In this document: piece by piece, positions 39,860 to 50,826 of the stretch
Layout of the letters: each line of letters starts with the position of its first letter
Position numbering within the stretch: position 1 is the first letter of the stretch
From: Nitrospirota bacterium
GTDB lineage: Bacteria; Nitrospirota; UBA9217
Reading direction: 5' to 3'
NCBI GenBank assembly: GCA_963790205.1
Contig: CAWBNQ010000003.1
Location: 32,001 to 96,000 of the forward strand
Length of the DNA: 64,000 bases
Translations under genes and position numbers: made by a program
The notes under the pieces: generated by a model
Databases searched by the model: none
Told to the model about the DNA's origin: nothing
The model's input: the letters and a program-made list of their open reading frames with translations, nothing else

Positions 39860-40387
39860 ATGAATGGAAAACCCTCCAATATCGTTCTTATCGGCATGCC
39901 CGGCTCGGGAAAGAGCACCGTGGGCGTCATCCTGGCCAAGCTGAGCGGACGGGACTTCGTCGATACGGACGTCCTCCTCCAGAAAGAACAGGGCCGCTCC
40001 CTGCAGGACATCGTCGATCGGGACGGGTACCTTAAGCTGCGCGAGATCGAGGAAAAGACCATCTTAAAGCTCGAACGCCGCCGCCACGTTATCGCCACCG
40101 GCGGCAGCGCCGTGTACAGCCATGCGGCCATGATGCACTTAAAGTCCAGCGGCATCGTTGTTCTTCTCGAGGTGGACCTGCAGACCCTGGAAAAGAGAGT
40201 TCATGATTATGAGACCCGAGGTCTTGCAAAACATCCGGACCAGAGTTTCGCTGATCTGTTTACGGAACGCCGCGTGCTGTACAGGAAGTATGCTGACATG
40301 ACCATTGCCGCCGGGAGCCTTACCCACGAAGAAATCTGCGCGAGGATCATCGAGGAGCTGAACGCAGGAAGACCGGTTGGGAAGTAG
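39860..40387 (+). CDS. aroK: Shikimate kinase
   Basis: GMPGSGKST, FVDTD, IATGGS, ER..LY. Confidence 0.92.
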   Translation: MNGKPSNIVLIGMPGSGKSTVGVILAKLSGRDFVDTDVLLQKEQGRSLQDIVDRDGYLKLREIEEKTILKLERRRHVIATGGSAVYSHAAMMHLKSSGIVVLLEVDLQTLEKRVHDYETRGLAKHPDQSFADLFTERRVLYRKYADMTIAAGSLTHEEICARIIEELNAGRPVGK

Positions 40388-40445
40388 CAGGAATCCCGCC
40401 CCTGCAGCCCAGGCTTCAGCCTGCGCCGAGTGCGTTATTTATGCT

Positions 40446-40820
40446 ATGGGGAAACTCAGGAAGGAAATGCTCTCCTCTTGTGGTTTAGTCTGCCATACCT
40501 GCCCCATCTACCTGGCAACAAGGGAAAAGGACAAGGAAGAGCAGTTGCGAATGAGGGCCGACATCGCCCGGTTGTGCAATGAGCGGTATGGCATGAAGTA
40601 TGAGGCGAAAAATATCACTGACTGCGACGGTTGCCGGGCAGAAGGGAAAAGGCTCTTCATCGGATCTCAAAGCTGCGCTATTAGGAAGTGTGTGAGACAG
40701 AAGGGGCTTGTAACGTGCGCACAATGTGCTGATTACGTTTGCGAAAAGCTTGCGGCCTTTTATGCCACAGACCCGGAAGCAAAGGCCCGCCTAAATGAGA
40801 GGAGAGGCAGGTCTTCTTAG
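40446..40820 (+). CDS. DUF3795-like Cys-rich protein
   Basis: CGLVC..CP...CDGC...CAIRKC...CAQC..Y.C. Confidence 0.8.
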   Translation: MGKLRKEMLSSCGLVCHTCPIYLATREKDKEEQLRMRADIARLCNERYGMKYEAKNITDCDGCRAEGKRLFIGSQSCAIRKCVRQKGLVTCAQCADYVCEKLAAFYATDPEAKARLNERRGRSS

Positions 40821-40945
40821 CGTCCACGTTCGAATCGCTCAGGTACCGACCACGTCAAGAAAAACCTGCCGCCGCGAAACTGATCGCCTGAGAATTCATC
40901 ACTGATTGCCCTTGCCATAGCTTCCCGCATCCGGCATAATGTCTC

Positions 40946-42532
40946 ATGCTCCTCATCTTTCCTCCTGTTGCGAAACCCTGCGAACCGCCTGCCGGCATAG
41001 CAAAACTTGCAGGCGCGCTCAAAGCCCACGGGATATCCTGCCGCGTCCTTGATGCGAATCTGGAGGGGCTTCTGTATCTCCTGGGGCAGCCGCAGGCAGT
41101 GAACGATACCTGGACCCGCAGGGCCGTCAAAAATATCTCAAAAAATATCGCCGCGCTGAAGGACCCCGGGACCTATCGGTCTCTTGATCGCTACAGCCGG
41201 GCTGTCAAGGACATTAACCGGGTGCTCGAAGCCCCTGCCGGGGCGCGCGGCGCGCTCCTGGGGCTTTCGGACTATCAGGACCAGCGGCTCTCTCCCGTGC
41301 GGAGCGCCGATTTGCTCCTTGCGGCGGAGCATCCGGAGCGAAACCCGTTCTATCCCTGGTTCAGAAAACGTTTGTCGGAACTGATTGAAAAAACATTTTC
41401 TTCGCGAAGGCGCCAAGGACGCGAAGGAAAGCGTGAAGACGAGGGAAGGGATAACACGACAGCGGAACATTTAATTGGCTTTTCTCTGAACTATCTGAGC
41501 CAGGCGCTGTGCGCGTTCGCCATGATCGGATTCGTCAGGAAAGAGTTCCCCGGGATGAAGATCATTCTCGGCGGCGGACTCGTGGGCTCATGGATGAAGA
41601 GGCCGGGATGGAAAAACCCGTTTATCGGACTCGTTGATCACCTTATCGCGGGTCCGGGAGAAGGGCCTCTTCTCGACCTTCTCGGCGCCGAAGAGGTGCA
41701 GCAGAAACGCACTTTGCCGGATTACGAAGCTCTGCCCATTCATGATTATCTCTCACCCGGCTTCATTCTTCCCTACAGCGGGTCGAGCGGATGCTATTGG
41801 AACAAATGTTCCTTTTGTCCCGAAACAGCCGAAGAGAACCCCTATGTCGCTGTTCCCGCCGAGAGGGCAATGGATGATCTGTACGCCCTTGTCGCAGAGC
41901 ACAGGCCGGTCATGCTCCATTTGCTGGACAATTCCATAAGTCCCGCGCTCATGCGCGCGCTCTCGGAAAAGCCGCTCGAAATCCCCTGGTACGGTTTCGC
42001 GCGCATCGGCAAAGAGCTGATGGACATCGATCATTGTATGCGGCTCAAACGCTCGGGATGCGTGATGCTGAAGCTCGGGCTGGAGTCGGGAGACCAGAGC
42101 GTCCTTGATGCGATGCAGAAAGGGATCGACCTTGAGACCGCGTCGCAGGTCTTGAAGAACCTGCACCAGGCGGGCATCGCCGCTTATGCATACCTTCTTT
42201 TCGGCACGCCGGCTGAAACAATAGCCGAAGCCCGGAAGACGCTCGAGTTTGTCGTCAGGCACCGGGAGGCGATCACGTTCCTGAATCTTGCGATCTTCAA
42301 TATGCCCCTCTGTGGAAAAGAGGCGGGGGAGTACGAGACCGAAGAGTTCTATGACGGTGACCTTTCGCTCTATACCGGCTTCAGGCATCCCCGAGGATGG
42401 GACCGGAAACTTGTAAGGCAGTTCCTGGACAGCGAGTTCAAGCGGCACAGCGCCGTATCCTTGATCCTGAAAAACGACCCCCCGGTGTTCACTTCCAACC
42501 ACGCCGCGTTCTTTTTATCCCGTTCGGCATGA
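40946..42532 (+). CDS. B12-binding-type radical SAM protein
   Basis: PPAGIA.L, LDAN, GCYWNKCSFC, GLESG, LFGTP. Confidence 0.88.
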   Translation: MLLIFPPVAKPCEPPAGIAKLAGALKAHGISCRVLDANLEGLLYLLGQPQAVNDTWTRRAVKNISKNIAALKDPGTYRSLDRYSRAVKDINRVLEAPAGARGALLGLSDYQDQRLSPVRSADLLLAAEHPERNPFYPWFRKRLSELIEKTFSSRRRQGREGKREDEGRDNTTAEHLIGFSLNYLSQALCAFAMIGFVRKEFPGMKIILGGGLVGSWMKRPGWKNPFIGLVDHLIAGPGEGPLLDLLGAEEVQQKRTLPDYEALPIHDYLSPGFILPYSGSSGCYWNKCSFCPETAEENPYVAVPAERAMDDLYALVAEHRPVMLHLLDNSISPALMRALSEKPLEIPWYGFARIGKELMDIDHCMRLKRSGCVMLKLGLESGDQSVLDAMQKGIDLETASQVLKNLHQAGIAAYAYLLFGTPAETIAEARKTLEFVVRHREAITFLNLAIFNMPLCGKEAGEYETEEFYDGDLSLYTGFRHPRGWDRKLVRQFLDSEFKRHSAVSLILKNDPPVFTSNHAAFFLSRSA

Positions 42533-42721
42533 AAAACGCTGACGCAGAGCGTTATTTTCCGGAGCTCCGTTTCCAGCCATGAAGTGAAGCCGGGTTTTAT
42601 TTTAATTGCCAATGTGGTATATTTGGATAAGTACGAACAGTCGAAATCCGGGAGATGGGGGGCTGAGGAGGTCTCGTTCGGGATTTAGGCAGACTTTTTC
42701 CCGGAGGTCCGGAAGGTATTT

Positions 42722-43324
42722 ATGGATGTCAAGCCGATCAGCGTGCTGCTCATCGAGGATAGTCCCGATGACGCCGTTCTCATTCAATGGTACTTGTCCA
42801 ATGCCATGAAGGTCCCGCATGAAGTGAAACATGCGGACCGGCTGAGCAAGGGCCTCGGGTTCCTGGGAAGCGGCGGCTTCGATGTGGTGCTCCTGGACCT
42901 CGGGCTGCCGGACGGACAGGGCCTCAGCACCTTTGAAAAGGTTCATGCGCACGCGCCCGGGGTCCCGATCATCGTGCTGACCGGTCACGACGATGACGAT
43001 CTTGCCGTGGAGGCCGTTCAGAAAGGCGCGCAGGATTATCTCGTCAAGGGCAAGGTCGACGGCAGCCTCGTCGGCCGCTCCATACGCTACGCCATCGAAC
43101 GCCAGAAACTGCTCACCCAGATCGAGCATTCCACGAGGGAAATTAAAACCCTCAGGGGGTTCCTGCCCATCTGCGCGGGCTGCAAAAAGATCCGCGACGA
43201 CCAGGGCTATTGGACCCAGATCGAGACGTATATCAGCCAGCACTCGGACGCGGAATTCAGCCATGGCCTGTGCCCGGAGTGCGCATTGAGGCTCTACGGT
43301 CATGTCCTCGGGAAAAAAGCATGA
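42722..43324 (+). CDS. Response regulator with C-terminal Cys/His domain
   Basis: LLIED, LLDLGLPD, GAQDYLVK; LPICAGCKKIRDD.GYW...SHGLCPEC. Confidence 0.9.
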   Translation: MDVKPISVLLIEDSPDDAVLIQWYLSNAMKVPHEVKHADRLSKGLGFLGSGGFDVVLLDLGLPDGQGLSTFEKVHAHAPGVPIIVLTGHDDDDLAVEAVQKGAQDYLVKGKVDGSLVGRSIRYAIERQKLLTQIEHSTREIKTLRGFLPICAGCKKIRDDQGYWTQIETYISQHSDAEFSHGLCPECALRLYGHVLGKKA

Positions 43325-43402
43325 TGTTGCAGCGCTTCCGCCGCTTCCTCTCCTCACATAACGAGCCTTTGCTTTTTGCCCGCCATAAATCTCTTTCATA
43401 GG

Positions 43403-43560
43403 TGGTCATTCTGAGCGCAGCGAAGAATCTCGCATTTCCGGACCGTCGCAAGACCCTTCAGGGAGCCTACCCTGAGCAAGATTCTCCACTTCGCCGCGCT
43501 TCGTTCAGAATGACCGCGAAGGGTTCAGAGCTTGCCCTGAGCTTGTCGAAGGGGTGACCA
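43403..43560. repeat. Nested REP-like palindromic element
   Basis: GTCATTCTGAGCGCAGCGAAGAATCTC...TTCAGAATGAC; 33-bp reverse-complement identity with 59477-59509. Confidence 0.8.
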
Positions 43561-43713
43561 TTTAAGTAAAGAAGCGTTGGCAATGCAGAAAAAGAACAAG
43601 GACCCCGAACCTTCAGGAGAAGCTTTTTCGCAAGTTTTAAGTCCCTCGATCTTCTCCGTTCAATACCATTTTTTCACGTCTGTTATACTTTAAACAGCCT
43701 CTCCTCAGGGAAT

Positions 43714-44781
43714 ATGCATATGAAGAAATTATCGATCCTGTCCTTCGGGTTCCTGCTCCTGCTTTCCTTGCCTGCATTCGGCTCAGAGTGGCGCGATGTC
43801 TTGCCCGGAGACAGGGTGAACTTGCCGGAGGACCTGTACTTTCGGAAAGATTACCGGATACAATGGTGGTATTTCACCGGCCATCTCTTTGACGCCAACG
43901 GGAGGGAGTTCGGCTATGAGGTCACGTTCTTTGCCGCGGGCGTCCAGAAAAAAGCGTACCGGTCGAAATTCGGCGTGAATACCATATACCTTGCTCACAT
44001 TGCGGTCACCGATGTTCAGGGGAAGCGCTATTATCATTTCAGCATTGCCGATGCGGGCGCATACGGTTTCGCGGGCGCTGATAGTAAGCGCCTGCATGTC
44101 TGGGTGGACAAAGACTTCGTGGAGGGGACGCCTAGGAAGATGCATGTCAGGGCCGTTGCAGAGGATATCGAGCTCGACCTGGTTCTCATCCCGGCAAAGC
44201 CGGCGGTCCTGAACGGCGAGCGGGGATATTCGCGCAAGTCCGAAGCATCGTCCCTGATCGCGTCCCGGTATTTTTCCTTTACCGACCTGGAAACACGAGG
44301 GACGATGAAAGTGGGCCCCTCTGTTTTTCCGGTAAACGGGAAGAGCTGGTTCGACCGCGAGATCTCGTCCCGGGGTTTGTCGAAGGACGAAGCGGGATGG
44401 GACTGGTTCGCCCTGCAGCTCGAGGACGGCCGGGAGATCATGCTCTATGACATACGAAAAAAAAACGGCTCCATCGGGGCCTACTCCTCGGGGACGCTTG
44501 TGTATAAAGACGGCAGATACCGGCGCCTTTCAAAGGGTGATTTTACGGTGAACGTGCTCGATCACTATACGTCGGAGCACACCGGAACGCGGTATCCATC
44601 GAAGTGGGAGGTGGACCTTCCATCGGAAAAGCTGAGACTCCTCGTGACCCCTCTCTTGCCAGACCAGGAATTCACGGCCGCGGACGCGATGGGGAACTCC
44701 TACTGGGAAGGAACGTGCGGCATCGAAGGCAGCGCGCGGGGAAGGGCATACGTGGAAATGACGGGATATCAGGCGGATTGA
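43714..44781 (+). CDS. AttH/CrtC lipocalin-like exported protein
   Basis: WWYFTG.L, GWDWFALQL.DG, YP..W, DQE, YWEG, YVEMTGY. Confidence 0.88.
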   Translation: MHMKKLSILSFGFLLLLSLPAFGSEWRDVLPGDRVNLPEDLYFRKDYRIQWWYFTGHLFDANGREFGYEVTFFAAGVQKKAYRSKFGVNTIYLAHIAVTDVQGKRYYHFSIADAGAYGFAGADSKRLHVWVDKDFVEGTPRKMHVRAVAEDIELDLVLIPAKPAVLNGERGYSRKSEASSLIASRYFSFTDLETRGTMKVGPSVFPVNGKSWFDREISSRGLSKDEAGWDWFALQLEDGREIMLYDIRKKNGSIGAYSSGTLVYKDGRYRRLSKGDFTVNVLDHYTSEHTGTRYPSKWEVDLPSEKLRLLVTPLLPDQEFTAADAMGNSYWEGTCGIEGSARGRAYVEMTGYQAD

Positions 44782-44832
44782 GCGGCGGCGCGGGAAGCGC
44801 CGCCCGGTGCGCGTTTGCTGGAAAGAGGATTT

Positions 44833-45480
44833 ATGATTCAACTTCAGAACGTTGAAAAAAATTACGGGGCAAGGTCCGTTTTCCGCGGGATCAATCTTGT
44901 CGTCGGGAGCGGAGAATTTCTCGCGATCATGGGCAGCTCGGGGTCCGGCAAGTCCACGCTTTTAAACCTCATCGGCGGCATGGACGTCCCCGACCGGGGA
45001 AGGATCGTCGTGGATAAGGACGTCATCTCGTCCTTTGCCGAAGAGGAGCTTACCGCTTTTCGCCGGAAAAAGGTGGGCTTCATATTCCAGTTTTTCAACC
45101 TCCTGCCGAACATTACGGTCTATGAAAATATCGAGATGCCGCTGCTTTTGAACGGCCAGGAGGGATATGAAAAGAAAGTTTCCCAATATATACAAATGGT
45201 CGGTCTGCAGGGAAGGGAGAACGACTACCCCGCATCTCTTTCGGGCGGGGAACAGCAGCGGGTCGCCATTGTTCGCGCGCTTATTCACGACCCCGGGATC
45301 ATCCTTGCCGACGAACCCACGGGGAACCTGGACAGCCGTACCGGCATGTCCATCGTTGAACTGATAAGGTCCGTGGCCGGAAGAAACGGGAAGACGGTGG
45401 TCCTGGTCACCCATAACCAGGCGGTCGCGGAACACGCGGACAGGACCATCAGGATCAAGGACGGGGCGCTTTTGCCATGA
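44833..45480 (+). CDS. ABC transporter ATP-binding protein (LolD-like)
   Basis: GSSGSGKST, LSGGEQQR, ADEPTGNLD. Confidence 0.95.
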   Translation: MIQLQNVEKNYGARSVFRGINLVVGSGEFLAIMGSSGSGKSTLLNLIGGMDVPDRGRIVVDKDVISSFAEEELTAFRRKKVGFIFQFFNLLPNITVYENIEMPLLLNGQEGYEKKVSQYIQMVGLQGRENDYPASLSGGEQQRVAIVRALIHDPGIILADEPTGNLDSRTGMSIVELIRSVAGRNGKTVVLVTHNQAVAEHADRTIRIKDGALLP

Positions 45481-48002
45481 AATTTGCGAAACTCGTACAA
45501 CGTATTGTGCTGAGGTCCGTGAAGGAGGAACGGTTCCTGACGCTGCTCTCCATGCTCGGGGTGGCCCTGGGCATCGGCCTGTTCATGGGAGTGAACGTTG
45601 CCGCGAACAGGGCGCAGCAATCCTTCGAAACGAACATGAGGGGCCTTGACCCGGCCTTTAATTACGAGGTCGTGGACTCCTCGGGCAGCGATTTCCCGGA
45701 ACAGGTGTACGAGCCCGTCAAGGCCATCGCGGGAAAGGTGCTTCCGGTTTTGACCGTCAACGCGTATGTCCCTGATGCCGATGAGACAATAGAGATCAAC
45801 GGGATCTACACGGTAAAGGCCCTCGCCTTCATCGACGCAACGCCGGGCGGAAGGACCGACATTGAAGATTTTTTCAAGGACCGAAACGGCGTTCTCATAA
45901 CCAGGAGGTTTGCCCAGGCGCATCATATCAAACAAGGGGACACCCTGCGCGCGATCGCCTACAGCAAAGGGTATCGCCTCAAGATCGCTGGCGTCCTTGA
46001 TGCGCCACTCCTCCCGGGGAACCGGGTATTCATGGACCTTGGAAACTTTCAGGATTATTTCGGAAAGACCGGCTCTCTCACCAGGATCGATATCGCCGCC
46101 GATGAGAAGACCGCGGAAGAGATCGGTCGAATACTTCCTCCAGGCCTTGAGATCGAACAGAAACAAAAGATGATCGAGAGCCAGAAGTCCCTGGTCGGCT
46201 CCTTCCGGTCCAACCTCAGGTTCGTTACCTTCCTTGCCGTTCTGGTCGGGGTCTTTCTCCTGTACAACACGGTATTCATCTCCGTGGTCAAGCGGAGGAA
46301 GGAGATTGGGATCCTCCGCGGGCTCGGCATGGACCGGAAGACCGCTGTGGCCCTTTTTTCGGCCCAGGGCATGGTCCTCGGTTTCGCCGGCACCCTCCTC
46401 GGCATTGTGTTCGGCCAGGTCTGCGCCTGGTTTTCCATCATGGCAATGGAAAAGACGATCACCCGTTTCTACGGCGCGTTAAACGTATCGGGTTTCCTGA
46501 TAACCTGGCAGGAGGCCCTCAGGACCGTGATGCTGGGCCTCGGCGTCTCGCTGCTTGCTTCGATCGTGCCCGCGCTCGAGTCCGCACATATCAGGCCGAA
46601 CGAAAGCTCGCAGGAAGGCACCGCTGAAAGGGCATACCAGGGCCGGCAGTGGATTTTTTCCGTCATCGGCATCCTCTTTATTCTTTGCGGGGGCATGATC
46701 AGTTATATCGACTTTCGCTTTGTGCCTTTTGATTTTCCCTGGCTGTCCTACGGAGGGATCGTGCTTCTGATCCTGGGATGCACGTTCAATGCGCCCGTTT
46801 ACCTGGGAGCGTGCCTGAAGGCATTGAAGCGGCCGCTCTCTGCCCTGTTCAAGACCGGAGCGCGGATCGCCGTGGGTGACACCCGGGGAAACCGCTATCG
46901 CTTTTCCCTGGCGCTGATGAGCGTTGCGGTAAGCTCTGCCCTGATCGTGGCCACGGTCGCGTCGGTTCATTCCTTCAAAACCTCGTTCATCGACTGGATC
47001 GATACCTATATCACGGCCGATATGTACATAAAGCCGGCCTCCTGCACGTCGAACTTCTGCTTCCATCCCCTGCCGGGAGAGGTCGTACGGTCCATCGAGG
47101 GCCTTCCCGGAGTGGAAACTATAGGAAGGTTCCGGGCGCTCCTGGTCGATTTTCACGGGCAGAAGGTCGTTGCCGGGTTCGGGAATTCGTCATCCTTGTG
47201 GCAATACCGTCCCCGTATCAGCCGCAGCGAGAAGGAGCGGCTGCAGCGGCTTGCGCGATATCCCGAGCTTTCGATCTCGGATTACCTCGCGGTGAAGTAT
47301 GGGCTGAAAAAGGGGGACATCGTCGAGCTCGCGACCCCGAAGGGCAAGGTTGCTTTCACCGTCAACAATACGTCCATCAGCTATTCGACGATGTCGGGTT
47401 TCCTGTACATGGACCGGCGATGGTTAAAGGAATACTGGGGGCTTGACGACGCGACCCAGCTGAGCGTGTACCTGGCGAAAGGGTGGGACACCGGGCAATT
47501 CAAAAAGGAGATCGAAAAATCGCTTGGCGGAAAATACGCGCTCGAGATAACGGACAACGCCGAGCTTCGCCGCGACGTACTCGGGATATTCGACAAGAGC
47601 TTCGCCCTCACCTACACCATAGAGCTTATTGCGATCGTCATCTCTCTCATCGGCGTGGTGAACGCTCTCCTGATCCTCGTCTTCGAAAGAAAACGCGAGA
47701 TCGCAGTCCTGCGCTATCTCGGAGCGTCGTGGCGTCAGATCCGAAGCGTCATGGCCCTGACCGCGGGCATTCTCGGATCGGCCGGGACCGTGCTGGGCGC
47801 TGTCATGGGGTGGGCCATCAGTATCGTGATAACTCACGTGATCAATAAGATTTCTTTCGGATGGGAAGTGGCCCTCAGGGCGCCGCTGCTCACCCTTGCC
47901 GCGCTCATGGCGCTTCTCATCGTTGCCACGACTGCGGCGGGACTCGTACCCGCCTATCTTGCCCGGAAGATCGATCCAAAAGCGTTCATCAGCTTTGAAT
48001 GA
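45477..48002 (+). CDS. ABC transporter permease (double FtsX/MacB type)
   Basis: Two R..EI..LR.LG motifs; many TM segments. Confidence 0.92.
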   Translation: MKFAKLVQRIVLRSVKEERFLTLLSMLGVALGIGLFMGVNVAANRAQQSFETNMRGLDPAFNYEVVDSSGSDFPEQVYEPVKAIAGKVLPVLTVNAYVPDADETIEINGIYTVKALAFIDATPGGRTDIEDFFKDRNGVLITRRFAQAHHIKQGDTLRAIAYSKGYRLKIAGVLDAPLLPGNRVFMDLGNFQDYFGKTGSLTRIDIAADEKTAEEIGRILPPGLEIEQKQKMIESQKSLVGSFRSNLRFVTFLAVLVGVFLLYNTVFISVVKRRKEIGILRGLGMDRKTAVALFSAQGMVLGFAGTLLGIVFGQVCAWFSIMAMEKTITRFYGALNVSGFLITWQEALRTVMLGLGVSLLASIVPALESAHIRPNESSQEGTAERAYQGRQWIFSVIGILFILCGGMISYIDFRFVPFDFPWLSYGGIVLLILGCTFNAPVYLGACLKALKRPLSALFKTGARIAVGDTRGNRYRFSLALMSVAVSSALIVATVASVHSFKTSFIDWIDTYITADMYIKPASCTSNFCFHPLPGEVVRSIEGLPGVETIGRFRALLVDFHGQKVVAGFGNSSSLWQYRPRISRSEKERLQRLARYPELSISDYLAVKYGLKKGDIVELATPKGKVAFTVNNTSISYSTMSGFLYMDRRWLKEYWGLDDATQLSVYLAKGWDTGQFKKEIEKSLGGKYALEITDNAELRRDVLGIFDKSFALTYTIELIAIVISLIGVVNALLILVFERKREIAVLRYLGASWRQIRSVMALTAGILGSAGTVLGAVMGWAISIVITHVINKISFGWEVALRAPLLTLAALMALLIVATTAAGLVPAYLARKIDPKAFISFE

Positions 48003-48098
48003 CCGCCGCGGGCCGGTTGGCAGGTTGTTTACACCTGAGAATATCAAAGATGGATTTTTCAACAAACGCTAGGCTGGTTGCCGGGCCGCTTGCCGTAC

Positions 48099-48260
48099 CT
48101 AGCCGCGCTCCCCGGCGATATCGTCAAGAGGGAGCGTGGCCAGGTCTTCAATGGCGAGCATATCGGCAGGGGTGGGGGAAAAGGAAGAAATGCCCTTGAG
48201 ATAGCCCCTGCACTTGTCGCATGCCTCGATCCGCGTCTTCTCCCGGTTCCGTTCATCCGG
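48099..48260 (-). pseudogene. FdhE-like C-terminal fragment
   Basis: RIEACDKCRGYLK...EDLATLPLD.IA.ERG*. Confidence 0.6.
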
Positions 48261-48564
48261 CCGGCATCCGATATCGGCTCGCGCGACGACGCAGTCCACG
48301 GCAAAGGGATCCTCTGCGGCCGGCGCATTCCGGCGCCAGCAGCTATCATCAGCGCCGCCTACTGTATTGCATGTCAATATTGTGGCAAGGGTGAAGACTT
48401 CAGGTTGAAACATGCATATGAACCATTAGCAGAGATTCAATAAATTTATTGTATGTATTTCTCGAACGCTTTATCATTTACATCGTGAATTTTTGCCGCT
48501 GTCAGATACTGCAGCAGCAAAACAGTATCCGTTTATACGCTCAGAGTTTAACACCACGCACAGG

Positions 48565-49629
48565 CTATCCCAACTTCCCGAATGGACATACCGGATACCT
48601 GCACACGTCGCATTTCAGGCAGAGTCCGCCATGTCCAAGGGCCGCCACTTCTTTGCGTCCTATCCGATCTCCGGCAAGCACGCGGGGAAGGATGAGATCG
48701 AATATCGTGGTCTTTGCGTACATGCCGCAAGCGGGAATGCCGATAATGGGAACCGTTCCGAGATATGCGATGAGAAACATAGCACCGGGAAGGACCGCGG
48801 AGCCATAGATGATGTCTCCCGCGCCCAGTTCCCGAATCGCAAACCGCGTTACGTCATCGGGGTCCACAGACATGCCGCCCGTGGTGATCAGCAGGTCCGC
48901 CCCGGCTTTCAGCAGTTCCCGCAGCCTGTCCACGATGAACGCCTTATCATCCGGCGCATAGTAGACTCCGACAAGTTCCCCGCCGATATCCTCAATTTTC
49001 TTCGTAATGACCGGCGCGAAGGCGTCCTTGATTTTGCCGCTGTAGACTTCCTTCCCCGTGATCACAACGCCGACTTTCGGCTTTCTGATTTCCCGTACCC
49101 GGATGATCTTTCCAGCCCTTTCGCCGATAGTGACCGCCGTGTCCACGATAGTTTTCTTGATCACAAGAGGAATGGCCCTCGTCCCTGCGACTGTCTGCCC
49201 TTTCTTAACAAGCGTATTTGTGTGGAGCGTTGCAGCCATGACCTCGCCCAGCATATTGAATGCAAGCAGCGCGTCACGATCTATTGTGAGGAGGCCGTCG
49301 CGCTCGGCAACAATGCTGATCTTGCCCTCCTTGGGTTCGCCTTTTATCGCGACCCCTTCTCCCATGAGCGCAGTGGCAAGCGCATATGCCGCATCATTCT
49401 CGTGCATCTCGTCCTCGGCGACCTGGAGCACATAGAGATGCTCCTTGCCGAGCCGCTGGAGATGGCAGACATCTTCTTCTCGGATAAGGTGGCCTTTCTT
49501 GAAGGCGCGGCCCTTGAATTCGCCCGGCCTGATCTCGGTTATATCATGAGCCAGGACCGTGCCGACTGCCCGTGTCACCGGAATAGCTTTCATTGTCGGA
49601 CCCTGGGATTCATGCATATCGTCACACAT
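48565..49629 (-). CDS. Molybdopterin-binding (MoeA-like) protein with C-terminal Cys cluster
   Basis: AVG.VLAHD.T, TGGMSVDPDDVT, VLPGAM, GHGGLC..C..C.YP.CPFG. Confidence 0.9.
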   Translation of the reverse strand: MCDDMHESQGPTMKAIPVTRAVGTVLAHDITEIRPGEFKGRAFKKGHLIREEDVCHLQRLGKEHLYVLQVAEDEMHENDAAYALATALMGEGVAIKGEPKEGKISIVAERDGLLTIDRDALLAFNMLGEVMAATLHTNTLVKKGQTVAGTRAIPLVIKKTIVDTAVTIGERAGKIIRVREIRKPKVGVVITGKEVYSGKIKDAFAPVITKKIEDIGGELVGVYYAPDDKAFIVDRLRELLKAGADLLITTGGMSVDPDDVTRFAIRELGAGDIIYGSAVLPGAMFLIAYLGTVPIIGIPACGMYAKTTIFDLILPRVLAGDRIGRKEVAALGHGGLCLKCDVCRYPVCPFGKLG

Positions 49630-49987
49630 GGGAGGCTCCCCCGAATATTGACCTGAATCTCTTATCAACAATCGCTTGTACGCCTTTTTCAAGCGCTTCG
49701 TATTTCTTCAGGAACTTCCGGGCATCATCTGTCAATGTAGCGCCGCCGCCGTTCCTGCCGCCGGTTTGCCGCTTGACCAGCTGCACGTCCAGGCGTGCTT
49801 CCATGACCTTGATGTGGCCCCACGCTTTCCGGAAGGATATATCGACGCTTTTCGCCGCCCTGTTGATCGATCCGTGAGTGTCAATCGCTTCGAGCAGGAA
49901 GCGCCGTCCGCGTCCGAATACGGGTTCGCCGTCTACTTCGATCCATATTTTCGACCTGATGTCCAGCCCGTTATGACCTTTCTGCAT
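49622..49987 (-). CDS. ModE-type winged-helix regulator (no TOBE domains)
   Basis: FG.GR..LL.AI...GSI..AA....SFRKAW...GG..GGGA.LT. Confidence 0.9.
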   Translation of the reverse strand: MQKGHNGLDIRSKIWIEVDGEPVFGRGRRFLLEAIDTHGSINRAAKSVDISFRKAWGHIKVMEARLDVQLVKRQTGGRNGGGATLTDDARKFLKKYEALEKGVQAIVDKRFRSIFGGASHV

Positions 49988-50615
49988 AACGCACCCCCGA
50001 AAAAAAATCTTTCACTGCGTAATAGCCGCCCTGTGCGCAGGTTGCACACAATATCTTCCCCTCTTGGCAGACTTCTCTCTTGTCCTGAACATGCTCGCCG
50101 CAGGAATCACACTGCACTCTTTGCAGGGGCCTGCCCGGCATGTCCTCGGGACGCACGGTGACAGAAACCTCCATCACGTCGAAAAGCTCTGCGTCGGCCA
50201 TGACCTTGTACGCCTCAAGTTGTCCCGCGTATTTGTTCTCAATGCCGGGGAAATATTCCTTCGCTTTCTCCCGCGATTCTTCCCTGGCGACGATCCTGAC
50301 CGCCCTCCCTGTTTTGAGGTTCATGTAGGTCGCCGCCATCTTACCGTAGTCCATGAATTTCATCGTCCGGCGGCCGAGACTGCAACCGGTGACCGACTGG
50401 ATGGCGTCCGTAGCGCACCGGTCCATCTCGACAAAAACAATGATGTTCTTCCGGTCCTTTTTTTTCGGGTCAAGAATGCCGATCTCCCGAAGGCCGAGCA
50501 TGGACATGCGGACGCCCAGTACCTGGCCCGCGCAGAGGTGTCCGTGTATTTCGACGGCCTCTGAGAGAATCCGTTCAAAATCAAAAATGTCTATCTGCAC
50601 GGGCTTTGTCCGCAT
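49971..50615 (-). CDS. FmdE-family protein with C-terminal zinc finger
   Basis: HGHLCAG, RCATDAIQ..TGC..G, DYGKMAAT, C..CGE...C..C. Confidence 0.92.
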   Translation of the reverse strand: MRTKPVQIDIFDFERILSEAVEIHGHLCAGQVLGVRMSMLGLREIGILDPKKKDRKNIIVFVEMDRCATDAIQSVTGCSLGRRTMKFMDYGKMAATYMNLKTGRAVRIVAREESREKAKEYFPGIENKYAGQLEAYKVMADAELFDVMEVSVTVRPEDMPGRPLQRVQCDSCGEHVQDKREVCQEGKILCATCAQGGYYAVKDFFSGVRYAERS

Positions 50616-50826
50616 TAGTAATCTCCTCTTACACAGTTTGCAGCTATCGATAATAATCGCAGCGTCGCGAAAAATGCAAATTCATAATAGTCATACCGTA
50701 TGTGAATTCACTGCATGGGTAAATAGTGCCCGTCAGCAAGCGCAGCCTCACCAACCTGATTGCCTGGCAGCCCTGTCGAAGGTCCCCGTTCGGGGTGGAA
50801 ACAGCCGGGGACCTGTGAAGCAAGGA

